Shown here piece after piece: positions 19,695 to 32,000 of a stretch of 32,000 nucleotides of DNA. Below the pieces are notes generated by a model, which was not told where the DNA came from, ran no database searches, and saw only the letters and a list, made by a program, of their open reading frames with translations. Where the stretch lies: positions 2,280,001-2,312,000 of the forward strand of contig NZ_CP066018.1 in NCBI RefSeq assembly GCF_016127575.1, read 5' to 3'. The position numbers were made by a program, and so were the translations under genes. The DNA comes from Cupriavidus necator. Lineage in GTDB: Bacteria; Pseudomonadota; Gammaproteobacteria; Burkholderiales; Burkholderiaceae. The first letter of the stretch is position 1. Each line of letters opens with the position of its first letter.

Positions 19695-20293
19695 GCCTGA
19701 CGCTATTTCAACGGTTCGCGCTGGCCGAGATCGCGCCCACGCGCTGGAAGAACGGCGGCGGCAACACGCGCGAGATCGCGGTGTGGCCGCCGGGCGCCGG
19801 CATGGATGACTTCATGTGGCGCCTGAGCGTGGCCGATATCGGGCAGGACGGGCCGTTCTCGGCGTTTCCCGGCATCGATCGCCAGATCGTGCTGCTGGAG
19901 GGCGCCGGCGTGACGCTGCGTGCGGACGACGCCAGCTTCAGCCATCGCCTTGACCATATCGGCGAGCCGTTCGCCTTCTCCGGCGATACCAGCCTGCAGG
20001 CGACGCTGATCGACGGCGTCACGCGCGACTTCAACGTGATGACGCGGCGCGGCCACTGCCGCGCGCGCGTCGAGGTGTTCCGGCAGGGGTTCGTGCCTGG
20101 CACCGGCGGCCATGCCGTCTGCCTGCTGGCCGTCAGCGGCGCATGGCAGGCGCAGGATGCCGGCCTGCTGCTGCAAGCGGGCGAAGGAGCGCTCTGCGGC
20201 GCTGCGGAACCCCCATCCACGCCATCGTTTGAACCTGTGGGTGACGCGGCCCTGTGCCTGTGCGTCACCCTTGAGACGGAGCCCGGTCAATGA
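19691..20293 (+). CDS. hutD: HutD family protein
   Basis: The ATG at 19691 overlaps the hutU stop (ATGA). The N-terminus ...[17 protein letters not shown] and ~200-aa length match my recollection of the HutD family. Confidence 0.75.
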
Positions 20294-21543
20294 CGCTGCC
20301 CTCTGTATCGTCCGCGCCCAGCGCGGACGGCGTCTGGCACAACTGCCACCTGCTGCCCGATGCCGATCCGGCGCACGCGATCCGCGATGCCGCGCTGGTG
20401 GTGGAGCATGGGCGCATCGCCTGGCTGGGTGCCACGGCGGACCTGCCGGATGCCTATCGCGGCGCGGCGCGCCATGATGCACACGGGGCATGGATTACGC
20501 CCGGGCTGGTCGACTGCCATACGCACCTGGTCTACGGCGGCCAGCGCGCCGACGAGTTCGCGATGCGGCTGGCCGGCGCCGGCTACGAAGAGATTGCGCG
20601 CGCCGGCGGCGGCATCGTCTCGACCGTGCGCGCCACGCGTGCCGCAGATGAAGACACGCTGTTTGCCCAGGCCGCCGCGCGCCTGCAGCCGCTGCTGGCC
20701 GAGGGCGTCACCGCCATCGAGATCAAGTCGGGCTACGGGCTGAGCCTGGAAGCCGAGCGCAAGCAGCTGCGCGTGGCGCGCCGGCTTGGCGAGCACTTCG
20801 GGATTTCGGTCTACACGACCTTCCTGGGCGCGCACGCATTGCCGCCGGAGTACGCGGGCCGTGCCGACGACTATATCGACCTGGTCTGCAACACCATGCT
20901 GCCGGCACTGGCCGGGGAAGGACTGGTCGACGCCGTCGATGCCTTCTGCGAATCGATCGGTTTCTCGATTGCACAGACCGGGCGCGTGTTCGAGGCGGCG
21001 GCGCGCCATGGCGTGCGCGTCAAGCTGCATGCCGAGCAACTGAGCAACCTCGGCGGCGCCGCGCTCGCCGCTCGCCACCGCGCCTTGTCCGCCGATCACC
21101 TCGAGCATCTCGACGAGGCCGGCGTCGCGGCGATGGCGGAGGCCGGCACGGTGGCGGTGCTGCTGCCCGGCGCCTACTACTTCCTGCGCGACACCAACCT
21201 GCCGCCGATCGCGCTGCTACGCCAGTACGGCGTGCCGATGGCAATCTCGACCGATCACAATCCGGGTACGTCGCCGGTCACTTCGCTGCTGCTGATGATG
21301 AATATGGCCTGCACCCTGTTCCGCCTGACCGTGCCCGAAGCGCTTGCCGGCGTGACCGTGCACGCCGCGCGTGCGCTGGGCGCATCGGATCGCCACGGGC
21401 GGCTGGAAGCAGGGCGCGTGGCCGACTTCGCGCTGTGGCGCATCGATTCGCCCGCCGAGCTGGCGTACTGGTTCGGCCGCAACCCGGTCGCGACGGTGGT
21501 GCGGCAAGGGCGTGTGCATGCGCACGAAGGAGCCTCGGCATGA
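20290..21543 (+). CDS. hutI: imidazolonepropionase
   Basis: Amidohydrolase-superfamily motifs ([11 protein letters not shown]..., KLHAEQLSN..., STDHNPGTS) typical of HutI. The start overlaps the hutD stop (ATGA). Confidence 0.92.
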   Translation: MTLPSVSSAPSADGVWHNCHLLPDADPAHAIRDAALVVEHGRIAWLGATADLPDAYRGAARHDAHGAWITPGLVDCHTHLVYGGQRADEFAMRLAGAGYEEIARAGGGIVSTVRATRAADEDTLFAQAAARLQPLLAEGVTAIEIKSGYGLSLEAERKQLRVARRLGEHFGISVYTTFLGAHALPPEYAGRADDYIDLVCNTMLPALAGEGLVDAVDAFCESIGFSIAQTGRVFEAAARHGVRVKLHAEQLSNLGGAALAARHRALSADHLEHLDEAGVAAMAEAGTVAVLLPGAYYFLRDTNLPPIALLRQYGVPMAISTDHNPGTSPVTSLLLMMNMACTLFRLTVPEALAGVTVHAARALGASDRHGRLEAGRVADFALWRIDSPAELAYWFGRNPVATVVRQGRVHAHEGASA

Positions 21544-22946
21544 GTGGCTCGCAACTCTTCGCTCCGTTTGCGCTGCTGCCGGCCGGCTGGGCGCGCGATG
21601 TGCTGCTGGCCTGGGATGAGCAGGGCCGCTTCACCACCGTGCAGCCCGGCACGGAGCCAGCCGCAGGCGTGCCGCATGCGGCCGGTCCCGTGCTGCCCGG
21701 CATGCCCAACCTGCACTCGCATGCGTTCCAGCGCGGCTTTGCCGGCCTGACGGAATTCCGCAGCCGCCCGCAGGGCGACGATCCGGCGGGTGCCGATTCA
21801 TTCTGGAGCTGGCGCACCCTGATGTACCGCTTCGCGCAGCGGCTCTCGCCCGACACGCTGGAGGCCATCGCCACCCAGCTCTATATCGAGATGCTGCGTG
21901 CGGGCTACACCAGCGTGTGCGAGTTCCACTACGTCCATCACGATGCCGGCGGCACGCCCTATGCCGATGCCGCCGAGATGTCGCTGCGGCTGCTGCGCGC
22001 GGCCCGGCGTACTGGCATCGGCATGACGCTGCTGCCGGTGCTGTACCAGACCGCCGGCTTTGGCGGCAAGCCGCCGCTGGCCGAGCAGCGCCGCTTCCTG
22101 CACGACACCGACGCGATGCTGCGGCTGCTGGAACGGCTGGCCCCCGCGTGCGCGCAGTCCGGCGCGAGGCTGGGGCTGGCACCGCACTCGCTGCGCGCGG
22201 TGCCGGAGGAAAGCCTCGCCCACGCACTGGCGGGACTGCAGGCGATCGACCCGCAGGCGCCCATCCATATCCATATCGCCGAGCAGCAGAAAGAGGTCGA
22301 CGATTGCATCGCGTGGTCGGGCACGCGCCCGGTGACCTGGCTGTTCGACCATGTAGAGGTCGACGCGCGCTGGTGCCTGGTGCACGCCACCCATATGGAC
22401 TGGGACGAGCGCCGGCGCCTGGCGCACAGCGGCGCGGTGGCCGGCATCTGCCCGACCACCGAGGCCAACCTGGGCGACGGCGTGTTCGAGGCCGCGCCCT
22501 ACCTGGCGCAGCAGGGCGCATGGGGCATCGGCTCCGACAGCCATGCCAGCGTCAGCGTGGCCGAGGAGCTGCGCTTGTTCGAATACGGCCAGCGGCTCGG
22601 CCTGCAGCGGCGCAATGTGCTGGCCTCCGACACGCATGCACAGGTGGCCGACCGGCTGTATCTCGAAGCCGTGGCTGGCGGCACGCGTGCCAGCGGCCGC
22701 GCCGTGGCGGGGCTTGTGCCAGGCCAGCAGGCCGATTTCGTGGTGCTGGATGGCGCCCATCCGACGCTGGCGGGCCTCGACGGGCCGCAGGCGCTGGCCA
22801 CGCATGTGTTTGCCTGTCATGGTCATGAGACACTAGCGGATGTCCGCACCGCCGGGCGCAGCCGCGTGCAGCATGGCGCGCATCCGCTGCAGGCGGATGC
22901 GGGGCGCCTGTTCATCGCGGCGCGCGCCAGCCTGCTGGCCGACTGA
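21540..22946 (+). CDS. hutF: formimidoylglutamate deiminase
   Basis: The ATG at 21540 overlaps the hutI stop. [36 protein letters not shown] and WCLVHATH are nearly identical to P. aeruginosa HutF as I recall it. Confidence 0.9.
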   Translation: MSGSQLFAPFALLPAGWARDVLLAWDEQGRFTTVQPGTEPAAGVPHAAGPVLPGMPNLHSHAFQRGFAGLTEFRSRPQGDDPAGADSFWSWRTLMYRFAQRLSPDTLEAIATQLYIEMLRAGYTSVCEFHYVHHDAGGTPYADAAEMSLRLLRAARRTGIGMTLLPVLYQTAGFGGKPPLAEQRRFLHDTDAMLRLLERLAPACAQSGARLGLAPHSLRAVPEESLAHALAGLQAIDPQAPIHIHIAEQQKEVDDCIAWSGTRPVTWLFDHVEVDARWCLVHATHMDWDERRRLAHSGAVAGICPTTEANLGDGVFEAAPYLAQQGAWGIGSDSHASVSVAEELRLFEYGQRLGLQRRNVLASDTHAQVADRLYLEAVAGGTRASGRAVAGLVPGQQADFVVLDGAHPTLAGLDGPQALATHVFACHGHETLADVRTAGRSRVQHGAHPLQADAGRLFIAARASLLAD

Positions 22947-22983
22947 CTGAAACCGGGCGCACGCCCACTGCATCGCAAAGACA

Positions 22984-23796
22984 ATGTCCTTCTCCACCGA
23001 TACCCCCGCCTTCACCCTGCATCGCGGCACGCGCCCGTTGCTGGTATCGATGCCGCACGTCGGCACGCACCTGCCGGCTTCGGTCTCGCAGCGCCTGACG
23101 GCCGAAGCGCGCACCGTGCCCGACACCGACTGGCACCTGGAACGCCTCTACAGCTTCGCCCGCGAGCTGGGTGCGTCGGTGCTGGTGGCCACGCATTCGC
23201 GCTACGTGGTCGACCTGAACCGACCGCCCGATAACGCCAACCTGTATCCCGGCCAGGACACCACGGGCTTGTGCCCGGTCGACACCTTCGACAAGACGCC
23301 GCTGTACGTCGACGGCAACGGCCCCGACGATGCCGAAATCGCCGCGCGCCGCGATGCGATCTGGCGCCCGTACCACCAGGCGCTGGCCGCGGAACTGGCC
23401 CGCCTGAAGGCGGAGCACGGCACCATCGCGCTGTGGGATGCGCATTCGATCCGCTCGGTGCTGCCGCGCTTCTTCGAAGGCAGGCTGCCGGACTTCAACC
23501 TCGGCACGGCCAACGGCGAGAGCTGCGACGCGTCACTTGCGCATCAGCTGCTTGAGCAGGCTGGCGCGGTGGCCGGCCATACCGCGGTGCTCAACGGGCG
23601 CTTCAAGGGCGGCTATATCACGCGCCAATACGGCAAGCCGCAGGACGGCGTGCATGCGGTGCAGCTCGAGCTGTCGCAGGTCGCCTACATGAGCGAGACG
23701 TATCCGTTCGCCTACGACGAGGCGCGTGCGGCGGCGTTGCAGCCGGCTTTGCGAGGGATGCTGGCGACGGTGCTGGAGTTCGTCGAAACGCGCTAA
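22984..23796 (+). CDS. hutG: N-formylglutamate amidohydrolase
   Basis: 270-aa FGase-family protein (LLVSMPHVGTHLP..., RYVVDLNRP). It completes the five-step HutF/HutG branch of the hut pathway. Confidence 0.88.
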   Translation: MSFSTDTPAFTLHRGTRPLLVSMPHVGTHLPASVSQRLTAEARTVPDTDWHLERLYSFARELGASVLVATHSRYVVDLNRPPDNANLYPGQDTTGLCPVDTFDKTPLYVDGNGPDDAEIAARRDAIWRPYHQALAAELARLKAEHGTIALWDAHSIRSVLPRFFEGRLPDFNLGTANGESCDASLAHQLLEQAGAVAGHTAVLNGRFKGGYITRQYGKPQDGVHAVQLELSQVAYMSETYPFAYDEARAAALQPALRGMLATVLEFVETR

Positions 23797-23797
23797 G

Positions 23798-23835
23798 GCG
23801 CTGGCGCGGCACGATGGCTGCCGCGCAGCGCTGCC
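23798..23835. terminator. GC-rich hairpin between convergent hutG and lactonase genes
   Basis: gcgctggcgcggca / tgccgcgcagcgc pair with one bulge. There is no U-tract on either side, so function as a terminator is uncertain. Confidence 0.4.
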
Positions 23836-23838
23836 AGC

Positions 23839-24747
23839 TCACGTCAAGCGCTGACCAAGCCGCAGGCGGTAGAGCGAAGTGCTGGCGGCGATGAACAAGG
23901 CATCGCCCTCGGCGCCGCCGAAAACGAGGTTGCCGACCTTCTCCGGCACGGGAATATGCGCAAGCCGCGTCCCGTCCGGATGGAAAACCTGCACGCCGCT
24001 GGCGCTGCTGGTAAAGAGCCATCCGCGCCGGTCCACGCGAAATCCGTCCGGCAGTCCGGGCGCGATGACGGCGAAGACCCGCGGGTTGGCCAGCACCCGT
24101 CCCGCAACGACGTCGAAGGCGACGATATGGTGATGACCATCGTCGCGCAATGCCGCCGAGGTATCGGAGACATAAAGCACGTCTTCATCGGGCGAGAATG
24201 CCAGCCCGTTCGGCTCCTCGATCAAGTCGCTGGCGACTTCCAGCGCACCGACGGCGGGATCGTAGCGAAACACATAGTTGTGTCGCAGCTCGGGATCGGC
24301 CCGGTGGCCTTCGCGGTCCGACAGGATCCCATACGGCGGATCGGTGAACCACAAGGTGCCATCGCGCTTGACCACGATGTCATTGGGCGAATTCAGGCGC
24401 CGCCCCTGATAGTGGCTGACGACCAGTTCGTCCTCGCCAAGGCGGGCACCGCTGCGATGCGTCCGCACGATGGCCCGCTTTCCGTGCGAGCAATGCAGCA
24501 GCGAGCCGTCCGCCTCCAGTGCGTGGCCGTTGGTGAACCCGGCGCCCGTACGCCAGACCGACATGCCATCCGCGGCGCTCCAGCGCAGGATGCGGTCGTT
24601 GGGGATGTCGCTCCACAGCACCGCATCCTCGTCGGGCAACCACACCGGCCCCTCGCTCCAGGTTGCCCTGCATGCCAGTTGCTCGAGCCGTTCGCCCGCC
24701 AGCGGCAGCTCGCGTGCGCGCTCATCGAATATCCGGACTGTATCCAT
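23839..24747 (-). CDS. SMP-30/gluconolactonase/LRE family protein (cytoplasmic lactonase-like beta-propeller)
   Basis: 302 aa with no signal peptide. Family-typical motifs are EGPVW, NDIVVKRDGTLWFTDP, PNGLAFSPDE and PDGFRVD. Confidence 0.85.
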   Translation of the reverse strand: MDTVRIFDERARELPLAGERLEQLACRATWSEGPVWLPDEDAVLWSDIPNDRILRWSAADGMSVWRTGAGFTNGHALEADGSLLHCSHGKRAIVRTHRSGARLGEDELVVSHYQGRRLNSPNDIVVKRDGTLWFTDPPYGILSDREGHRADPELRHNYVFRYDPAVGALEVASDLIEEPNGLAFSPDEDVLYVSDTSAALRDDGHHHIVAFDVVAGRVLANPRVFAVIAPGLPDGFRVDRRGWLFTSSASGVQVFHPDGTRLAHIPVPEKVGNLVFGGAEGDALFIAASTSLYRLRLGQRLT

Positions 24748-24787
24748 GGTCTTCCTTTATCCCGTTGCAAAGACACCCAAGCAGTCT

Positions 24788-26161
24788 TTACACGAACTGC
24801 CACAGCAAGAGGATCAGGCCAAGGGCTGCGCTACCGGCAAGCGTCGTCAGCACCGTCCAGCTCCTTAGTCCATCGCCGACGCTCAGGCCCAGCATCCGGG
24901 TCACGATCCAGAAGCCCGCATCGTTGACGTGGGAGACCGCCATGCCGCCCGCGCCCATCGCCAGGCCGATCAGGGCCAGATGGTTGGGACCGGGCGAAGC
25001 CTGCGCGACCAGCGGGGCGATGATGCCGGCCGTGGTCATCAGCGCCACGGTGGTGGGCCCCTGTGCCGCGCGCAACAGCATCGCCAGCAGGAACGCGAGG
25101 ACGGCCAGCGGCAGACCCGAAGACTGCAGCGACGTCGCCAGCGCGGGGCCGATTCCGGTCGACACCAGGATCTTGGCGAAAGCGCCGCCGGCGCCGGTGA
25201 TCAGGATCACCACCGATACGGTCGGGATGGCGGCGCCGGCCACCTCGGACACCGTCGCCAGCGGCGCGCCGCGACGGGTGCCCAGCAGGTAGGCACAGAG
25301 CATCAGGCCCAGCAACAGCGCGACGTATGGGATGCCGAGAAACATCAGCGCCGAGCGCCCGAAGAAGCCTTGCGGCAACAGCACCTGGGCCAGCGTCCCG
25401 GCCAGGATCAGCACGATCGGCAGCGCGATCAGCCCGGCGACGAGACGGGCGCCCGGCGGCGCACCGCTGCCCAGGCTGGCGGATGCCGCGTGGACCTTTG
25501 GGGCGCTGCCTGTGGCCTGGCCCACTTCGGCGGCGATATCGGCTGCCATATGGAACGGCCGCCTGGTCAGTCGCCGCGATGCCAGGAAAGTCACCAGGCC
25601 AGTGACCAGCGCGATCGGCAGGCCGATCAGCAGCAGGCGGCCGATCTCGATGCCGAGTTCCCCGGCCACTGCCACCATGCCCGGGTGCGGCGGCAGCAGG
25701 GCATGCACCACCAGCAACACCGCGCACACCGGCAGGCCAATCACCACCAGCGGAATGCCGCGGGTGCGCGTGAGCCCGTAGACCAGCGGCATCAGCATCA
25801 TGACGCCGACTTCAAAGAACACCGGAATGCCGACGCCGAATGCGGTACAGGCCATGGCCAGCGGCACGCGTTTGTCGCCGAAGCGCTCGATCAACCGGTT
25901 GGCCAGCACCTGCGCGCCGCCCGACAATTCAGTCATGCGTCCGATCATCGCGCCGAAGGCGATGATCACGGCGACATGGCCCAGGGTCTTGCCCAGGCCG
26001 CCTTCCACCGCATCGGCAATCTGGCTCACCGGTACGCCGGCCACGACGGCGACGCCCGTGGCCACCAGGATCAGTGCCAGGAAGGGGTGCAGCTTTGCGA
26101 TCAGGATCAGGGCGAGCAACAGCAGGATCGCTGCCGCACCGCCGAATATCAGTATTGCCAC
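24788..26161 (-). CDS. GntP family permease (gluconate/aldonate:H+ symporter family)
   Basis: 457-aa polytopic protein that aligns by eye along the whole of E. coli GntP (e.g. GAMIGRM, HALLPPHPG, AGGAFAKIL, SHVNDAGFW). GTG start at 26161 with an AAGGA SD. The substrate is unknown. Confidence 0.85.
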   Translation of the reverse strand: MAILIFGGAAAILLLLALILIAKLHPFLALILVATGVAVVAGVPVSQIADAVEGGLGKTLGHVAVIIAFGAMIGRMTELSGGAQVLANRLIERFGDKRVPLAMACTAFGVGIPVFFEVGVMMLMPLVYGLTRTRGIPLVVIGLPVCAVLLVVHALLPPHPGMVAVAGELGIEIGRLLLIGLPIALVTGLVTFLASRRLTRRPFHMAADIAAEVGQATGSAPKVHAASASLGSGAPPGARLVAGLIALPIVLILAGTLAQVLLPQGFFGRSALMFLGIPYVALLLGLMLCAYLLGTRRGAPLATVSEVAGAAIPTVSVVILITGAGGAFAKILVSTGIGPALATSLQSSGLPLAVLAFLLAMLLRAAQGPTTVALMTTAGIIAPLVAQASPGPNHLALIGLAMGAGGMAVSHVNDAGFWIVTRMLGLSVGDGLRSWTVLTTLAGSAALGLILLLWQFV

Positions 26162-26163
26162 GT

Positions 26164-27024
26164 CTAATCCTTGTGTTCAGCCGGCCACGCCTGCGGCCGG
26201 TGCGTGCCGGACGACGATGCCGGCTGTGAGGGAAAGCTGGTGATGCCCCAGCCGATGGGCCGTCGTCGATTGCCCGGGTGCCTGGGATCGGGGCCCCAGA
26301 TCGCCTGATACGTGTCGATGCAGAAGCCCGCGCGCTGCAATGCCAGCGCGAGCGCCGCCAGCGTCAGCCACCAGGCGCCCAGCAGCAGCGGCATCCAGCG
26401 CGGCGCATCGGCCAGCGCGAGGCCGATGCCGATGGTTGCGATGGCAAGCGGCAGCGAACTCCAGCCAATGACTTTGTGCAGCCACTCGAACACCACCCGG
26501 CGCGCGCTCATGTCGTAGTGGTCGCCGCGCAGGCAGTTGCTGGTGGGCCCGCCCTTGCTGCCGCGCAACAGCCCGCCGCCTACCTGCAGCGCGGCGCAGG
26601 CCACCAGTGCCCAGCCGCCGAGGTGGTGCCAGCGCGCCAGCGTATCGGGCATGCCGCCGCCGTGGCCCAGGACCAGCAGCACGCCCACCGACATCAGCGC
26701 AACGCCGCTGCCCTGCATCCACAAGTGGGCGCGCCACCAGGTCTTGCGATCGAGCACGGCAGGCCAGGCTTGCGACGGCGTCACCTTGAAGAAGCGGGCG
26801 ACCAGGATGCCGAGCGGCAGCAACAGTCCCCAGCTGAGCACCATCAGGCGCCCATGCCAGGCTACCCAGGGCACGACGTGGTGCGCGGCGGCGGTACCGG
26901 AAATCGGGCGGCTCAGCCATTGCGCGGGCCAGCCGGGCGCGGCCCGCGCGCCGAGAATGCAGAGGCAAAGCGTGAGGCCGAGCGGCAATATCCAGCGCAC
27001 GGCCGCGGGAAGCGCAGGTGGCAT
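26164..27024 (-). CDS. cytochrome b561-domain membrane protein (FRRS1/CYBDOM-like core)
   Basis: ORF 26164-27384 is trimmed to the ATG at 27024 (AGGAGA SD). 286 aa with 5-6 TM segments. Four His lie in consecutive helices within b561-like contexts: WHGRLMVLSWGLLLPLGILVARFFK, WWRAHLWMQG, WHHLGGW, EWLHKVIGW. The stop is 2 nt from the GntP start. Confidence 0.65.
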   Translation of the reverse strand: MPPALPAAVRWILPLGLTLCLCILGARAAPGWPAQWLSRPISGTAAAHHVVPWVAWHGRLMVLSWGLLLPLGILVARFFKVTPSQAWPAVLDRKTWWRAHLWMQGSGVALMSVGVLLVLGHGGGMPDTLARWHHLGGWALVACAALQVGGGLLRGSKGGPTSNCLRGDHYDMSARRVVFEWLHKVIGWSSLPLAIATIGIGLALADAPRWMPLLLGAWWLTLAALALALQRAGFCIDTYQAIWGPDPRHPGNRRRPIGWGITSFPSQPASSSGTHRPQAWPAEHKD

Positions 27025-27545
27025 TTCCGATCTCCTGATGCGCGGAGAATTCCTTTGAATGGGACAGAGGGTGGATAGCGGTGGCGAGGTTTCGCTATAC
27101 CGGGATCGCCCGCGTGCTGGCGACACGCTGTGGCCGGTGTTGTGCCGCCACCCTTGTCTGGCGGGACGGGCGCAGCTAGATGGCGGTTGCGGCGGCCAGC
27201 AACGGCGCCGCGTGTGATACGCCTGAACTGAGTGGGACAGCAGCTTGCATGACCGAATGTCTCCATCCGCCCTTTCAAAGGGCGGTGATCTTATTGGAAT
27301 GGGTAATTGGCGGCGCCGCGCAACCAGAATGCGGCTTGAGCCTGCTGCAGAGCCAATGGCCTGCGCGCAGGAAAGTGGAGACAACTATAGCAATGGCTGG
27401 AATATGCTTCTAATCAAATGATCGAATCTCCGATTTACCTCAGGTTATCGCTTGGGGATTCTGGAAAACGTTGCGGTGTCATCGGGCGCAGGATCCGCTT
27501 GAGGGTTTGATCGCATCTCGGCCCCGGCATAACGCAACACTGAAC

Positions 27546-27571
27546 AAAAAAGCCCGGCCTGAAGCCGGGCT
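27546..27571 (-). terminator. intrinsic terminator after asdA
   Basis: Stem agcccggc (27551-27558) / gccgggct (27564-27571) with a 5-nt loop. On the minus strand it is followed by TTTTTTGTT. Confidence 0.8.
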
Positions 27572-27592
27572 GCGAGCCACGCCAGCGAAGGC

Positions 27593-30998
<3,406 letters not shown>

Positions 30999-31486
30999 CG
31001 AAGGCTCCTGAAGCGAGTGATGCGGGTTGGGTGAGTCGTTGCATCGGATTGCGGGGGTGCGGGAAATTCAGGGCAGGACGGGGCAGCGCAGGACTGCGGG
31101 TGCGGGGCGAGCGGAGGCGGGGCATGTCCATGGCGCGGGGGCGTGTCCTTCGGGCATGAAGGTGATCATGGCGATCACGGCAATCACGGTGGCGGCGCGC
31201 ACACCGCAGCTGGCAGGTGCAGCGTTGGCGCCGCGGATCGCGCATGCAGTGGCGCGACCGCATCAACCGCGTTAATGCAGCGTGAGGCATTATCTCCGCC
31301 GGTTTCCGGCCAGCGTAGTGAAAGCTTTTGTCGGCGAATTAAGCGCAGTCAACGCGCCGCGGGCATGGCCGCGCGAGTGTGGAAACGATGTCGGGAGCGG
31401 TGCGCGAGGGAAGTGAAGCGGGGCAGTCGGGAGGGAGGTGCCGCCTCACCCGAACGGGTGCGGCGGCAAGGGCAAATGCGCCGCTG

Positions 31487-32000
31487 TCAGCGCCCGCCGG
31501 CCAGGCGGGCTTCGATATGCTTGGCGCGCTCCAGCGATCCCGGGTGCGAGCTGAGCATGCTCGACTGTCCGCCATCGAGGGTCGACATCTTGCGGAACGC
31601 CGATGCCAGGGCCTGGCGGTTGGCGCCGTTTTTGGTCAGCAGGTCGAACGAATAGTCGTCGGCCGCGGTTTCCTGCCGCTGCGAGAACTGCGCATTGACG
31701 AACTGCTCGGCGAGCGCGCCGATCTGCGACGACGATAGCGCCGTCAGCGAAGCCACGCCAGTCGACCCCAGCAGCCCGCGCGCCGCAGCCGTGGTGTAGG
31801 CCACCTGCATCGCGGCCTTGGTATGGCCCAGCGACACATGGCCGATTTCATGGCCCACCACGCCACGCACTTCATCGTCGCTGAGCAAGTCCATCAGGCC
31901 GCTGTAGACCCGCACGCAACCGTTGGCCATGGCCCAGGCATTGACGTCCTTGGTCACATACACCTTGGCATTGAGTGGCAGCCCGGTGTTGCCCAGCCCG
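31487..32000 (-). CDS. M48 family metalloprotease, LoiP/YggG-like (N-terminus beyond window end)
   Basis: It has the HEIGH zinc motif (GHEIGHVSLGH), plus NAWAMANGCVRVYSGLMD and SSHPGSLERAKHI, which parallel E. coli LoiP. The frame stays open to position 32000, and the track's Met at 31963 is an internal GTG. Confidence 0.85.
   Translation of the reverse strand, partial: GLGNTGLPLNAKVYVTKDVNAWAMANGCVRVYSGLMDLLSDDEVRGVVGHEIGHVSLGHTKAAMQVAYTTAAARGLLGSTGVASLTALSSSQIGALAEQFVNAQFSQRQETAADDYSFDLLTKNGANRQALASAFRKMSTLDGGQSSMLSSHPGSLERAKHIEARLAGGR

Noticed and set aside
22181-22196. A sigma54-like string, TGGCACcgcacTCGCT, on the plus strand.
   Set aside because: It lies inside the hutF coding sequence. 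The -12 element is TCGC rather than TTGC. No gene start follows it. It is probably a chance match.
27180-27413. A 77-aa Cys-containing ORF on the plus strand inside the long b561 upstream region.
   Set aside because: Its third codon positions are a mix of A/T and G/C, whereas the real genes here have very GC-rich third positions. It has no SD and no recognisable motif. The perfect hairpin at 27267-27285 lies inside it. It is more likely non-coding.
31143-31275. Short hydrophobic ORFs on both strands over the 9-mer repeats (plus: MKVIMAITAITVAA...; minus: ...VIAVIAMITFMPEG...).
   Set aside because: The hydrophobic runs are a direct by-product of translating the GATCAYGGC tandem repeat. Neither ORF has an SD or a plausible stand-alone promoter. 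They are reported as a DNA repeat instead.

Overview
High-GC (~65-68%) betaproteobacterial chromosome, Burkholderiaceae style. Protein sequences look Cupriavidus/Ralstonia-like, but this is inference from memory because no search was possible. The window is densely packed with metabolic and housekeeping genes. I saw no rRNA, tRNA, CRISPR array, IS element, integrase or phage gene. Gene order is as follows. nadB 5' fragment (-). rpmG-rpmB (-). radC-like JAB protein (-). slpA/fkpB-ispH (+). A livK-livHMGF branched-chain amino-acid ABC operon (+). A REP-like palindrome plus a bidirectional terminator. argD (-). A 2Fe-2S/FNR-type reductase (-) placed back-to-back with an SDR/epimerase-like gene (+). 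An ~11 kb, 10-gene histidine-utilisation cluster (+): NitT/TauT-type ABC importer x3, hutC, hutH, hutU, hutD, hutI, hutF, hutG. A three-gene minus-strand unit of unknown role: cytochrome b561-domain membrane protein, GntP-family permease, SMP-30/gluconolactonase. aspT-asdA (aspartate:alanine antiporter and aspartate 4-decarboxylase, -). A LoiP/YggG-like M48 protease (-, truncated by the window end). Four things deserve a second look. (1) The b561-GntP-SMP30 operon with its 568-bp non-coding upstream region, the least explainable gene set here. (2) The hut control region, which has a textbook sigma54 promoter plus a sigma70 promoter, each with a HutC-type palindrome, a third near-identical palindrome between hutC and hutH, and a sulfonate/nitrate-family ABC importer in the operon. 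(3) An orphan near-consensus sigma70 promoter feeding a ~130-nt unit that ends in a strong intrinsic terminator just upstream of argD (candidate sRNA or attenuator). (4) The aspT-asdA module, preceded by a strand-asymmetric G-tract cluster. Nothing here resembles a defence or mobile island. Most of the window is ordinary. The many long ORFs antisense to real genes are high-GC artefacts.
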